A DNA stretch of 50,615 nucleotides from assembly GCA_001938485.1 (NCBI GenBank), contig MQRK01251261.1, positions 1 to 50,615 of the forward strand, given 5' to 3'. The stretch is from Girardia tigrina (lineage: Eukaryota). The position numbers and the translations under genes are program-made. Below are positions 27,301-42,281 of this stretch, piece by piece. Under the pieces are notes generated by a model that was given only the letters and a program-made list of their open reading frames with translations, ran no database searches and was not told the origin of the DNA. Each line of letters begins with the position of its first letter. The stretch's first letter is position 1.

Positions 27301-30300
27301 GACTTAAAATCTTATTAAAATTGGAATTTTATTGGAAACTTAAGAAGAACAAGATATATAAAATTGTTATGTTTCTTACTTTATTATTTTAATGAATAAA
27401 AGAAAACTAACATTGATAGTCGTAGATTTGAGACTGTTTATATCACAGCTGATTCTTAAAGATTTACCACGAGAATCATTTTGATACTGTTTGACAGATG
27501 GTAAGGTTTTTATGTTATCACAAATGTCATCAACAGTCACTCCAATAGGAACGTTTGATTTTTTAAAATCAAGAAGTATTTGGGCACAGTAATTATTTTT
27601 TTGATTGGTGTTTGGTTGGCAATCACGGGGAGTTTCCTCTGGCCAAGAAACTCCGAGAAAAGAATTTTCATTTTTAGTACAAATTCCTTTTTGAATACAC
27701 GGTGGAACGAAACAACGATTTACATGGAAAGGCAAAGGAACACAGTTTTCTCCATTCTTACATGCATAGGGATCGTCACTTCCACTTGCTTTCAGACAGT
27801 TCCAGACCCCACAAACGATCTGCAAAAGGAATACATTTAAAATTTGGATTTGATTAAAATTCAGTTAAAAAATTTAGAATGTATTCAATAATAGATCTAA
27901 GGGTTTAAATACTTTTAAGGATGGTAATTTTATTTTAATTAATTAGAATCACATTGTTTTGTGTGACCACCAAACGTCTTTCATTTCATTTATTCATATT
28001 TAACCCTTAAATGCATAATTTTTCATTTTTAAATACAAATTTAATGTATTTGAAAGTGTTGCACCAAGCTGTAAAATTTTACCAGTTAAAAAAGTGAACG
28101 GCCATATCTTGAAAGTTTGCGTTCAAAAACTAAGATAAATATTTTTAGCACCTACTAAAAGTTAAAAATACTGTGTTTGAATTACCGCTTAGAAATTATG
28201 TAAGGAAGAAAACACTGATGTACATATACATCATTATGCATTTAAGGGTTAATGATACATGATACTTTATGTATGTGTTTGCTCTGTTAGTGTGTGAATG
28301 CAATGTAGAACAAGAAAGCTAAATAGTTTGTGAAATTTAACTATTGAATTTTCTTTGTTATAAATAAATATAAATTAACCGTTGTTAGAATCAATTATAC
28401 TTAACGTATAGCAATTATTCGAGTAATTATTCGAGTATAATTTATATTTTAAAGTACAGCATAAGATATTTAAAAACATTAAAAATATTAAATCTTTTCA
28501 AATCTTCATATTAAAATTTAAATAAAATAAATAGTTTTAATTAAGTTTTGAATTAATTAAATGTTCTTTTTTTACATAAAATAATTTTTAAATAAAATTA
28601 ATATGTAAATAAAAATTAATACTAAAACTACAAATTTGAACTCTAAAAATAAAATCAGAAAATAATGAAAAATTTGTTCGAATAATTGTTTATTAACAAA
28701 CATTAACTAAAAGTTATCAATTTGGAACGATGTCGAATGACGACAGTTTTGCTGAGAGTTGTCCAAAAGACAATTCTGATTGTAATGAAAATAAAAGTTT
28801 GAAAACCCATGTTGGTGTTCTTAATAAAACGAATGTCAGTTAATCACTAATTATCTAACGAAAGTTTTGCGGAATACATAAATCTAGAGGTATGCGTATC
28901 TATAGCTTGGCGGAGGACTTAATTTGAGATTATTCAGATCTTCGATAGAAAGATTTACTCTTTTTTCGATAGGAAAAAGATTCTGCTATTCTGGATTGAA
29001 TAATGCATTGTGCTTTTAGTCGGAAAGGTTGCGGAGCTTTGTATTTTAGTATCCTTAGATTCTCTTCTTCAACATTTTTATAGGCATTTGTTTTTTGATT
29101 TTTTTATTTAATATAATTTTTATTGCATAAAAATTATGATAATCCTTATATTTTATTTCTGTTCTTTCTTTGTCTCTCCTTTCATAGTAATAGCTCTCAT
29201 AGCTTTCATAGCCCTTCTCTCAAAGATTCAGGGCTACAAGTTGAGAGGAGATAAATCAGGGTAAGAATATCGTAGAAACATAAAACCAGAAGTAAGTCTT
29301 ATTTATTGCTCTTTATTCTTTTACTAAAGTCTCTTTGATTACTCAGATAAACTGAGAAACAGTTAAATCTAATTTTGACTTTTGAATACGCTATATATAA
29401 ATTAAACACATCTTAAAACTTCAAATGATTTTATAAATCATAAATGACTTTCTTACTAACATTTTTACAAGATACTTTTCCATGATGACAACTACAATTT
29501 TGACAATTATACGACCATGTTTCTCCACTATCAAAAGTTCGCTCATGAAATACACATGATGGAGGTTGTGGAGATTCATTGTTCAACATCTGGTCACAAA
29601 GCACATTACTTCTTCCTTCTGGACACCGGCATTCAAACCCATCTATTCTGTCCACACAAACTGCTCCGTAAGCGCACGGATGAGATATGCAATCATCAAT
29701 ATCTTAATAATAACGTAAATTACATAATTAAAATATAATGTTTTTACTTAATTGACAGTTAGTACCATAAAAGCCTTTTGAACAGTTACATCGGTAAGAA
29801 TTGATCATGTCGATGCATTTTCCACCATTAAAGCTTGAAAAATATTTTTAAATTTATACAAATGAAAAAGCTCGTAAATTTATGAATAAAAAATAAGTTC
29901 GTAATTTCAGAAATTATATTTATTCAACACTCACCATGGGTCGGGATTGCACTCATTTATGTTAATTTCACATTCTCTCCCTTCATAACCTGCTGGACAG
30001 AGGCAAGTGGGTTCATTATGACCTTGAGGTACACAAACGCCACCGTTTTTACAGAAAGATTTTAAAATACAAGGGGTCGAGGATGGATTTAGAAACTGGC
30101 ATACTGACCCTGACCACCCAGGTTTGCATTGACATGTAAATCCGTTCATATGCGTCACGTCAGGTTTACATATTCCGTCATTTAAACAAGCATTAACATT
30201 ACATGCTGAGTTTCTCGGTAAGTGACAAAGTCGACCTCCCCAATATAGGGGACATTCACAATTGAAATCAATAAAAGTCCCCGTAGCTACTTCTTTACAT

Positions 30301-33300
30301 TTCCCATTGTTTATACACGGATTCGGATTGCAAAATTCCATTTCTAAAATTTATGAATTGTTTAAATTACGATATTTTAAATTAATCCAAAATCAAAGTT
30401 AAATTTAACTAAAAAGAAAGCAGTACGAAAGCCTTTCTTTGCTGGACATTAAACTAAATGAGTCAGTTATGAAACCGATATTGAATCATCTTTTCCGATA
30501 AGCTGTTTTTGAGTCGTAAACATTTTATTGTAGAGGGTTACGCGATTCATTGTCATAAAATGATTTTCCGATTTAAACTACGCAAAGGTTGGCAAAAAGT
30601 AGTAACAAGTTTTCTCTAAGCGTTGTCTTACAATATGGACCTTTACGAACTTAGGAAATCTTTCCAGTAAATACTTAAAAAAACTTTCTTATCTTCGTTC
30701 GAAAATTGTCAACCACTGTTCTTAGACAATGTTACAAAGCCATGGTTTTTCCAATCAATTTAATGGCAAAACTAAATTTAATAGCATAATCCAATAAGTT
30801 TCGATAAATTTTTGTTTTGAAAAACTTCGTTCTACTACCACAACTGTCACCGATAAAGTTAAAAAATAAAAATATTGCCATAATTTTACAGAAACTATTA
30901 GTTGTATAATAAATTAAAAGTATTTCAGTAACTTTTCTTTTCCATGAGTATAAAAAAGAACCGATTGTAGCTGTAAGTAGCGTTTATGCCACTTTCATTT
31001 TTATCAAATTCAGAACTCATAATTTAACACTACAATTTATTAATATTACAACAATTCACATATTTAAACAAATTTTTCTGTAATTTAATTATCTCGTCAC
31101 AAATTAATCTATTAAATTCTTTTAGATTCAATTTTTAAAATCTTGCAAATTTATTAAATAATTTTCACATTAAAACTAAAAATTTATTTAAAATTGTTTC
31201 ATAACTTATATTAAAATATATAAATTGTTATGACTGAAAAAATATTTTTATTTATAAATGATTTTCTTATCATTTTTAATTTTAAGATATTTAATAGATA
31301 CATTAAAAACATATTTTTTATTTTTAAATACGCATTTAATTTGTTTATGATTTTCTTTTATTATATCATTTTTAATTTTTAAAATATTTAAAAAAACACA
31401 TTAAAGACATATTTTATTTTTAAATAAATAATATTTTATTTAAATTATTTAATTAATTTATTTTTTAATAGTTGCTTTATTATATCATTTTTAATTTTAA
31501 AATATTTAATAAGCATTTTAACATTAAAATATTTTAACTTTTAAATTAAAAAAATAATAAATTATTTTGGCGAGATTCAAATTTAAATTAACACCTCATA
31601 GTAGCAATGTGGTCTGGTGAACGTCAATTCGATATTTTTGAAAAATAATTTGGTAAAAGCTTTGTGAGATATAATTAATAACTTAATGATAATTTATAAA
31701 TAAACTAACTAAATTAAACTACAAATAATGATGGTTCAAGAATACTTTTAAGAAAACTCTCTATTTAGAATTTACAATTTAGATCAATTAAAATATGTCA
31801 TTAAATGTGACATATTTAAATTTTGTTTGAATAATCGAAAAAAGCGAGTATTTAATTTTAATTGTTGGATGGTAATAAATAATTTTTAAAGTATTTGCGT
31901 TATTCTTAATAAGCTCTCTAAAAAATAGATTATTGATTATTATTATAGTTATAATTGTTGTATTTTAGTACCTGTATACAAGATGACAATTTATGTGTTT
32001 CAATACAAACGATCGATTTGTGATTTTGAGTGCAGTATTTTGTTTTTTGAAGGAACGAATCACCTGTAGATGTTTTTATAAAAACGAAATATGATTCTAG
32101 TGGAAGAATTATTAAATATTTAGAGAAACACTAAAATATTCATAGTAAAGCATTTTCGATTAACCTTTGTACAAATACGACCTCATACAAAATCATGATA
32201 AGAAAATATTAAAAAAGTACTAATTCTTTTGTGATAATAAAGAACCCTTAGAAATAAAAAGATATATGAAGATATTCTTTTTCAGGAAATCAAAGTAATA
32301 AAATAAAAGTCGTGAGACTAATTTAGAAATAATAATAGTAATAATTGATACATACATATTTTAACTTCAATAAAATAAAGGGACAATAGTGTCTCGTCCA
32401 CAGTGATAATATTATCAATGAAATGATCTTCAAAATTGGCCCTTATCTGCAGATTCTTCAAGCAGCATTCTAAATGTCGTTGTCGCATTTCATTTATTGT
32501 ATTTTGTTTTAATAATCCATTATTGTGAAAGTCAATTTTTGCGAATATTCGATAAATGCCACTGAAAATTATTTAAATACCATGGGGTTATTCTCTTTCT
32601 GAAAGGAAAAAATAGAGAAGAAATTCTTTCTGAACTGAAAGCTGTTTACCAACAAGAGTGCCAATCCACAAAAAAATATCATTGGTTCAATTACTTTCAG
32701 AGTGGTAGACGAAGAAAGATCTGAACACCCTCGGAAATTGATAAAAACATAATGCAAAACCTACAGACAATCGTACAAAACGAGAGAAGAATAACGATGA
32801 GAATGCTAAAAACCCATCTAAATGTGAGCAAAGGCACTCTGCGTACTTTCCTAAATGAAAGTGGTATTCGAAAACGATGTTCCTATTTTGCGTCACTCTT
32901 CTTAACGATGGAAATGCAACAACGACATTTAGAATGATGCTTGAAGAATCTGCTGATAAGGGCCAATTTTGAAGATCGTTTCATTGATAATATCATCACT
33001 GTGGACAAGACACTATTGTCCCTTTATGTCCTCAAATCTAAAAGAGAATCGCAAGAATGGAAACTTCTAAGAGAAAGTACTTTATTGAAAATACAGTCCT
33101 CAACATTTCACGAAAAGTCTCTCCTGCTGACGGTGTTTTGGGATGCCAATATTCGGACTGACTTTGATGAATCAAGCATGAAGATCAATAGTTTTTACTG
33201 CTCCAACATCCTGCAGCAAGCAAGAAAGACACGACACAAGAGCAGAGTGTGTGATATCTATTATTTACACGATAATACTCTCATCCACACCAGCAGCGTT

Positions 33301-36300
33301 TCCATGGCCACAATTGAGCGTTGCGGACTCAATTTGCTCCTCCATCGACCATACAGTTCAGATTTCCGATTTCAGTTTCCTCCTATTTTTTCCTATTTAA
33401 GAAGCATTTAAGAGGCCAAGTGTTTACCAATAAACATAATTTGAGAGCCGCCGTAGAGAGTTTTCTGTGGGAGAAACCTCTAGAAATCTTCAAAAACCTC
33501 GTTATTCAGTTGGAAAATTGTGTCAGTGTACAAGGACATTATTTTGAGAAATGATGCCTTTGTATCATGCTTGTTCTAAGTACAAAGTGTTGTTTTGATA
33601 TTTTAAGTCTTTCAATATTAGTCTCACGATTTATTGAACGCATGACGTAAAAGAAATTTAATGTAAAACTCACATATACCAAAACAAAAAAAATTGAAAC
33701 ATCTTTTATAAAAAAATTGTAGTAACTAAGTTTTAGGTTAGTAAAAGTTAAATCTATCAAAATATTTACGGGTATGTTTTTTAAATGGCGAAAATTTCAA
33801 ACGTTAAATATGTGTTTTAATGAAAATAATCATTTATTATATTAAAATACTTACTATTTTCACATCTTTTCCCATGAAATCCGTAATCACAAATGCATTC
33901 GAAGTCATTAATCCCATCGATGCAAATGCCATTATTTTCACAAGAGTTGTAGGTACAGTCGTTAATATTAATTTCGCAGGATGGACCCTCAAACCCTGGC
34001 ATACAACGACACATAAACTCAAATTTTCCTTTAGATAAACATGTTCCATATTTTCCACAGTAATGATGTTTAATTTCACTAGAATTTATCATTTGAGGAA
34101 TGGCACATGCATCATAGGCAGTTTCACATGATTCTTTGCCACAATAAGGACGAGGATGTTCGCAGCGTTTTCCCCAAAAACCACTTTGGCAAAGGCAATA
34201 AAAATCCTGTTCAATCGTATAACAGTACGCACTATTTAAACATGGATTAGGACTACATCCAGTTTTGAAAATCTAAATTTGTAGATTTTATAATGAACGA
34301 ATTTGGAGTTAAAATTACTTCGCAATTATTTCCAGAATATTCTTTTTTACACTTACAAATGTATCCAGTTTTTGTTCTTTGACAAACACCTCCGTTTTTG
34401 CAAGGTTTGTTCTCGCACGCAATATTTATTTCACAATCTTTCCCATTAAACCCAGCTTTACAAGTACATTGATAATCGTTGATTAAATCCTGTTGTTTAA
34501 AAAACCAGTTAAAGGTAAATCTTTAATAAAAACTTAAGAACATTGTTTATTGTATTAAAATTTATGAAGATTGTGAGTAAAATTGGTGTTTTTTGTAAGT
34601 TGTTTGGTATGTCGTATTTAGGATTGTGTTTCTCCCACCCAGATGGAAGATTGAGATGTTGAATATTTTAAACCGACGGATTATTCGGACAATTTTGAAA
34701 TATAAATAACAACTTTAAATTAAATTAATATAATTTAATCAATAAATATATAATAATATTTTAATAGTAGATTGTAATGTAAAGATTTATTTAATCATAA
34801 ATAAAGTATTTAAAATGAATTAAAATATTTTTGAAAATAATTTAAAATTAGTAAGTAAGGAATTGTAATTTAAATTTGTTCAAATAATTAGATGTTTAGA
34901 AATAGAATTAAAATTTATCAATCAATAATGATATATTACTAAGAAAGTATTGTGGAGAATTGTCATGGGGGCAATTCGAGTTGCTATGTCAAAAAAGGAA
35001 TTAGAAATCATATTAGTGTTCTTAATAAAGATGAAGCAGAAAATAAAAAAATTCCGATGAATAAGTTTGGAAATAATAGTTGTATTCAGAATTATTATAT
35101 TCTGAAGTCTGATCTTAAATCAAGATGGTGCTAGTAACTTACTGCAACAATGGAAGGATATAATAGTTCATTACACCAGAGATTAATCATCCTTTTCTTT
35201 TAATAAAAGAAACAAAAGAATTAACTTTTATTCTAAATGACAATGAATAACAAACAAAGTAATGTTCTTGATAAAAAGGAAGATTAATGAAGCACTCATG
35301 GTCGTATGTGGATTTTTCATATTTTTGGAAAAGTCGAGAACCCATATTTTTGAAGGTTGTCATAGAATTAAAAATTCTTCGTGATTATTGACTCGTCTTA
35401 GCTAATCAAATTAGTCTATCTTATTTAGTATAGCCTATCTTTTAAGAATGAGTATCCTTTAATTTCTAACATTTCTAACCTATTTTAATAGACTCAATTC
35501 TAGTACAGTTATATGTCCAAATGTTTTTTTATATAATATTCTGTGAAGCTAGCTGTTGAATTTACTATAGTAATCTAAAAGTTTTCTTTTATAAATTAGT
35601 AAATAAAACGAATTAAATAATTTAAGAAATAATATAAAAATAGCAAAAGAACGAATATGTTTTATCACAATAAAAAGGATAATAAAGGGATATTACTAGA
35701 AACTAATAATAAATACATTTTAGTTACTTTTTACTATCAGATATTACAGATAGAATATCCAAGTCAATACCAGATACCTGGTTGAAATACGGTGAGGATA
35801 TGAAACCTCTGACTCTCAATGAAATCCACTTAATTTTAGCCTTCACATCAAATCCAAAACAATCTAAAATCTCATCGAAACAACTCGACTGAAATATTTG
35901 ATAAAACGGCGATCTGAGAGAACAGTGTGTTCTCTCAACTGTACCAGGTTTGACACTGGTGACATTCAGTTTAATAACACATTCGGTCAGTGCAAGACAA
36001 TCACACACCCAAAAAATATTTTTTTTGAATTTCTTCTTCATATATCGCTCACAAAATTTTTAGTTTGCGAGAATTGAATTGATTACATTTAGTGTATTTT
36101 TACTTATTTTCTATTATTTATGAAATAAATTCATTTGCCTGAATGATTTATTGGTAAAATGATTTTTATTTACTTTGAAGTCCCTTATTATGTGTAAATG
36201 TAATACATGGTGTTGATTTACCTAATGATGGATTTTTTTATCTCGAAACACTTCGTCTTCTTTCTATCCCTTGTACATAGATTTGTATAAAAATTTTGCT

Positions 36301-39300
36301 TTTTGATTTTGATATATTAGGGGTACCCAAATGTTATGTCGTTTTTTTGATATATTTTTCTAAATCGTTTAACTGCCGCCTACATTATTTTGACTATACC
36401 ATTTTTATTTATTAATTTCAGTTAGTGTATTAACTTTGATTTGTGCCTATTTTTAGATAAAATGTCATATGATTTTATTGATGAAATAGACAAATTGGAT
36501 GAGTCACATTTGCGTCATTGTATACTTTTTCAATTTGACCACGGTTTAAAGGCAACAGAGGCCACCTATGGCATAAATAAAGTATATCCGAAATCTCTGA
36601 CTGTGCGCAAATGTCAGCGATGGTTTGCCAAATTCAAGGGAGGCAAGAAAGATTTAGAAGNNNNNNNNNNNNNNNNNNNNNNNNNNNNNNNNNNNNNNNN
36701 NNNNNNNNNNNNNNNNNNNNNNNNNNNNNNNNNNNNNNNNNNNNNNNNNNNNNNNNNNNNNNNNNNNNNNNNNNNNNNNNNNNNNNNNNNNNNNNNNNNN
36801 NNNNNNNNNNNNNNNNNNNNNNNNNNNNNNNNNNNNNNNNNNNNNNNNNNNNNNNNNNNNNNNNNNNNNNNNNNNNNNNNNNNNNNNNNNNNNNNNNNNN
36901 NNNNNNNNNNNNNNNNNNNNNNNNNNNNNNNNNNNNNNNNNNNNNNNNNNNNNNNNNNNNNNNNNNNNNNNNNNNNNNNNNNNNNNNNNNNNNNNNNNNN
37001 NNNNNNNNNNNNNNNNNNNNNNNNNNNNNNNNNNNNNNNNNNNNNNNNNNNNNNNNNNNNNNNNNNNNNNNNNNNNNNNNNNNNNNNNNNNNNNNNNNNN
37101 NNNNNNNNNNNNNNNNNNNNNNNNNNNNNNNNNNNNNNNNNNNNNNNNNNNNNNNNNNNNNNNNNNNNNNNNNNNNNNNNNNNNNNNNNNNNNNNNNNNN
37201 NNNNNNNNNNNNNNNNNNNNNNNNNNNNNNNNNNNNNNNNNNNNNNNNNNNNNNNNNNNNNNNNNNNNNNNNNNNNNNNNNNNNNNNNNNNNNNNNNNNN
37301 NNNNNNNNNNNNNNNNNNNNNNNNNNNNNNNNNNNNNNNNNNNNNNNNNNNNNNNNNNNNNNNNNNNNNNNNNNNNNNNNNNNNNNNNNNNNNNNNNNNN
37401 NNNNNNNNNNNNNNNNNNNNNNNNNNNNNNNNNNNNNNNNNNNNNNNNNNNNNNNNNNNNNNNNNNNNNNNNNNNNNNNNNNNNNNNNNNNNNNNNNNNN
37501 NNNNNNNNNNNNNNNNNNNNNNNNNNNNNNNNNNNNNNNNNNNNNNGTCATCGATTGCGATGGGGACTATTTTTCTGATTAAATAAATGTTTTATATGGT
37601 TTTATTTTTGTTTCTAAAAATCAATAAAAAACGACATAACATTTGGGTACCCCTAATATATATACTGTAGCAGTCAAAAATATTTGCATATGGTGTTTTT
37701 TTAGTATAATTTTTCTAGGCGATGTGTTTCAAATAGAAATTTTATCAGGTAATTTTGATGATACTAGCGACGTTTTAACACATAAAGTCAGAACTTTTTA
37801 TCGACACCAATTTATTACCGAAAATTAACAAAATATCGAAAATCAACGAAAATAACATGTTGCAAATAAACATTATTTTCACAAACTTAACAGTTTTATA
37901 ATCAATAATTAGAGTATGAATCCACGAGAATAACTTAATATAATGTGGGGAAACCATTGACTTGTTAACTGCTGCGGATCTTTACGACACTGAGTTAATC
38001 AGCTTTAGAATTCAGTTAGTGGTGATCTCATTCCACTTTTGCTCAATTTGGGTGAATTTGTGATCTATATTTAATGCTTTGAGTCCATGAGATTTTATTC
38101 ATATCTTCTCCATGAGATGTTCAATTAGATTGAGACCAGGAGGCTGGGAAGGCCATTTCAGTATATTCACTCTTCTCTGTCAGAACCAGTCCGAGATGAA
38201 GACAGATGTATGCTTCGGGTCGTTGTCTTGTTGGAATATCCAACAAAAAACCATCAAATACCTTGGATGGGAAAGCATAAGAGCCTACCAAATGTCCTTA
38301 ACGACGTAACTGTCCATAGTGTTACGAATTTAAATGTGGGTGCAGATGCCGGTTGATGGAGAAACAACCCTCACCATTTAATTGCCTCCACCATGTTTGA
38401 CGGTGCAGAGTTGATAGACGGATTTAATCAATCTCAGGATATCTAATATACATCATTCTATCCAACCCGAAGAAACGACAAGAAGACTAATTCGAGAAGA
38501 GCACCCTTTTCCAGTTTACAGATGTCCAACGGAGATGATTCGTGGCGAATTTGACTCTGATTACCCAATTCTTCATATAAATCAGTGGCTTCTTAGTGGG
38601 ACATTTTTCAAACCGTTCGGCAGAGCAAAGTCTGCACTGTACAGTCGATAAAGACAGCTTAATACCGTACGTTGTGTCCATTTTTCTCTTTATGTACAAC
38701 ATATATAGAAGATGGTTGGTCTTGGACGTACTAGCAATGCTGGAATCTGCTCTATGTGTGATCCTTCGACATCGGACAGAACGAGACAGGATCTCGTCGT
38801 GTTATTAAGACTTGTAACGATATAGTATGTACATTATTGTTTTTCTAGAGACTCTGAACTGCTTGCAAAGATCATGGATAAAAATATCGATGAAACAACC
38901 ATCATAAATAACCTTGCAGACGTCGGCGGAGAGCTCACGAAACTTAATAAAAATAACAAAAAATATCACGAATTTAGGTCAAAACTTGAAAAATAAAATA
39001 TGTAAAATAAAAATATTTCGACTGATCCCTGAGTTAGGAATTTCGTGGTACACATACGGTATTCCAGAAACAAACGATAAACTAAAAATCAAAATGCGTT
39101 GCCATCAAAAATGGAAAGAATCAGTTTGAAAACCTTTATTCAGTGAAAGTTTTATTAAAAAAAACATGATGTGCAAATAATTTTGACCGCTACTGTATAT
39201 CATACCTTGAAAATGCACTCTATATGGTTGTCCTGTTATTATCATTATCATTATTATTATTACTGTCCTCTTTTATAAAAAAAAACTAATTAATACTAAT

Positions 39301-42237
39301 TTTACTTTACAAACTCCATCGTTTCGGCAAGGATTCCTTTCACATTCATTTATTTCTTGAACAAAAAATAATTAAATATTTTAATGTAAATAGTGAATAC
39401 CTTTATCACAGTATTTTCCCGTCCATCCATCTTGACAATTACATTTATAATCTCCAAGCGCTGTGGACTGTATTTGGCAATCCTTTACGTTTTGACAAAG
39501 TGATTTTTCACAAGGATCAGTGATATGACATTCAGATCCCTTAAAACCTGGTGGACAAGAGCATTTGTAAAATCCATTTTCATCTTTTTCACATTGACCA
39601 CCGTTTTGACAGAAATTATGATTACAAGTAGTAGTGTCTAAAAGAAGTAAAAGAATTTAAATACCTTAATAACAAAAAATTTAAAGTTCGTTTAAAAAAG
39701 ATTTCTTTTAAGAATTTATGAATTTTCATGTAATGGGTGCAACGCTACATACATTGGAGAGACGTGTCGTCATTTCTGTAAACGGATTCAAGAGCATGGA
39801 CGATTGGGTAATGGGAGTAATATTGCTGGACATATTAAGGGTTGTAAGTCGGAGGTGAAAACAACTAATTTTAAAATATTGTGCAGTAATTTTAAAAATT
39901 ACTGGGAAAGAGTTACTTGTGAAGCATTATTTATTAAATCACGTAATCCGTCCATGAATGTCCAAACAAGTCTCTCTTCCAATTTGTTGAAAATATTTAA
40001 TTAGTTATTACGCAAGATGTTTGCATAATCATCAATTTGCTATATATTAGACAGCGAAATTGTCGTTAATTCAGCCTGAAGATGGTGGAAAATCCACCGA
40101 AATATATTGCAATAAAATTTGAGTTTAATGGCGTTCTTAATTATAAAATTTTGCCATTATTTTTTAAATTTCTTTTTAAGAATTGGTAAAAATTATATTT
40201 CTCAAATATTTATGTAAATCTAGGAAGAACTTTTCAAAAGAAAATAACGTCATCCATCTTCTTCTAATTAAGTGAGACTGGAAAAACCTCGGTTGTTGTA
40301 ATAATTGTAAAGGAATAAAATCACAGTAAATAATACATATTAAATTTAAGGATCTGAAAAAAACAAGCCATAAACTTTGTAAAACCTTTATTTTACATTT
40401 TTTTTGTATTAAATTTTGACAATGGATTTTCTCTTTTTTGACTTAATCGGCATGGAAAATTTTTAACTTTTTTATTACATTTTATAATTTATTATTTATA
40501 ATTTATTTTTTATTACATTATATTTGGATGTTGTGTTACCATATGAAACTAAAATAATTTATTGTAAGTTTTTTTCCAAATTGAATTTTCCATTTTGCTC
40601 TGCATATTTTCTTTTTTTATTGTTTATTGTAAAAATTTGTCTTTTTAGTTAATATCGATTTTATTACAAAGAATAATTATTTTTTTAATGTATTAGTTTT
40701 ACTAAATGAAAATTCATTATGCGTACATTCGATAAAATTCACATTTGTCTAAGATAAAAAAAACCCGAAATTCGAAGCAAAAATGAATATGGCAAAAGTT
40801 TTCGCTGCGCGACAAAAGTTGATTTCAGAAAAGCCAATTTCGTCTCCGCATACGAAAGAGATCCCACTACGGACTTTCAAATTCCCAATGAATCAATACA
40901 ATCCAAATTTACCCCTCGCACAAGGGTTGAGCACAGTACCCAATAATACGCATGTAAGTGTGGAACGATCGACCCGGCGATCAAATCTACCGATCACCCA
41001 GGTGGAAATTCTGTTCGGGTTATTTGATTTGCCCCATCATTCAGAATCGAACCACAATATACTTAAAGAAAGCTTATGGATATTTATTATTCTTCAAGTA
41101 CACCAAATTCAGTTTTGTTTTAGAGAATCTTTTTCTTGCGTTATGGATGAACATAATAATATAATATTTCATACAATATTTTATAATTTAATGATAAAAT
41201 CAGAAACAAGTCTAAAATTAATTATTATGGACAAGTTTTGTTTAGAAAAATTTCAATATTAATTACGGTTTATTGCTTTATCAAGTGAGAATTTACGGCA
41301 AAACTAACCGAAGCGTTTTCTTTTCGCGGAGGATGAGACTAAGTAAGCCTAAATCTAATCAAAAATTCCATCAATGTTTGTAATGAATTGTGACAGCCAA
41401 ACTGAGTTACTTACGAGAACAGGACCCCCCCTCGCACTGGCTATTAGAAGAGTGTCATATTACTCAGTTTCAGCCTCAAAGACATTAGCAATCAATTCTA
41501 TTTTTTCCTCATGAAAACGAATGTAATAAATCTTCAATCTAATTGGTACAATGTCTCAATTTGGATAAGAAAATGATAAAAAGTCTTTTTTTCTGATAGC
41601 AATAAACTAATAAACTCGAGATAAAATTTTTTATGAATATCAAAATATTCCAAAATTTTAACGGAATATATATTGTCAAAATAATATAAAAAAGACACTT
41701 TAAAAATAAAAACAAAGGAATAAATATTAAAAAAAGGAAAAGTTTTGATATTAATGATTTTATTTTTACTTTAAAATAATAATAACTAATATTATTTGTT
41801 TTTATATTGTTTTAACAAAACATAAGAGAACATTATTTGTCAGTTTGACGTGAAAGTTCAGACCGATATTCCAGCGTGTCAGAACACGTTAAATAATTCG
41901 AAACTAGTAAATCAACAAAAATTAAAATTTTTATATCCATTCTTTATGCAGACAGAACTCTATTTTGCCAACAAAGTTTTTAAAATTAAAAAAAATTAAT
42001 TAAAAAACACATTAAAAATCAATATAAACTAATTTTAATTTATAAGTAGATTTCTTGCATTTAATATTGTTCGGGAAATCCGAATTTTCCGTTTTTTCCC
42101 ATTTTGGGATCTTAAAAAGTTTTTTTCGAACAAATTTTTACATAATCGTTTATTGTCATCGAGAATGAGTAAGTGTGCGCAGTTTGAAGAAAATCGATTG
42201 AGTAGAAGTCCTTCAAAAATAGGTTTCTAAATTTTAT

Positions 42238-42281
<44 letters not shown>

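Noticed and set aside
27376-27411. [11 protein letters not shown] as a C-terminus giving a secreted Jagged
   Set aside because: It is read-through into the intron; the GTTAGT donor joins in frame to the VAIY exon at 16260 and on to the TM exon.
35724-36041. 105-aa ORF and a 10-bp hairpin at 35915-35937
   Set aside because: No recognisable domain or element boundaries; probably decayed repeat.
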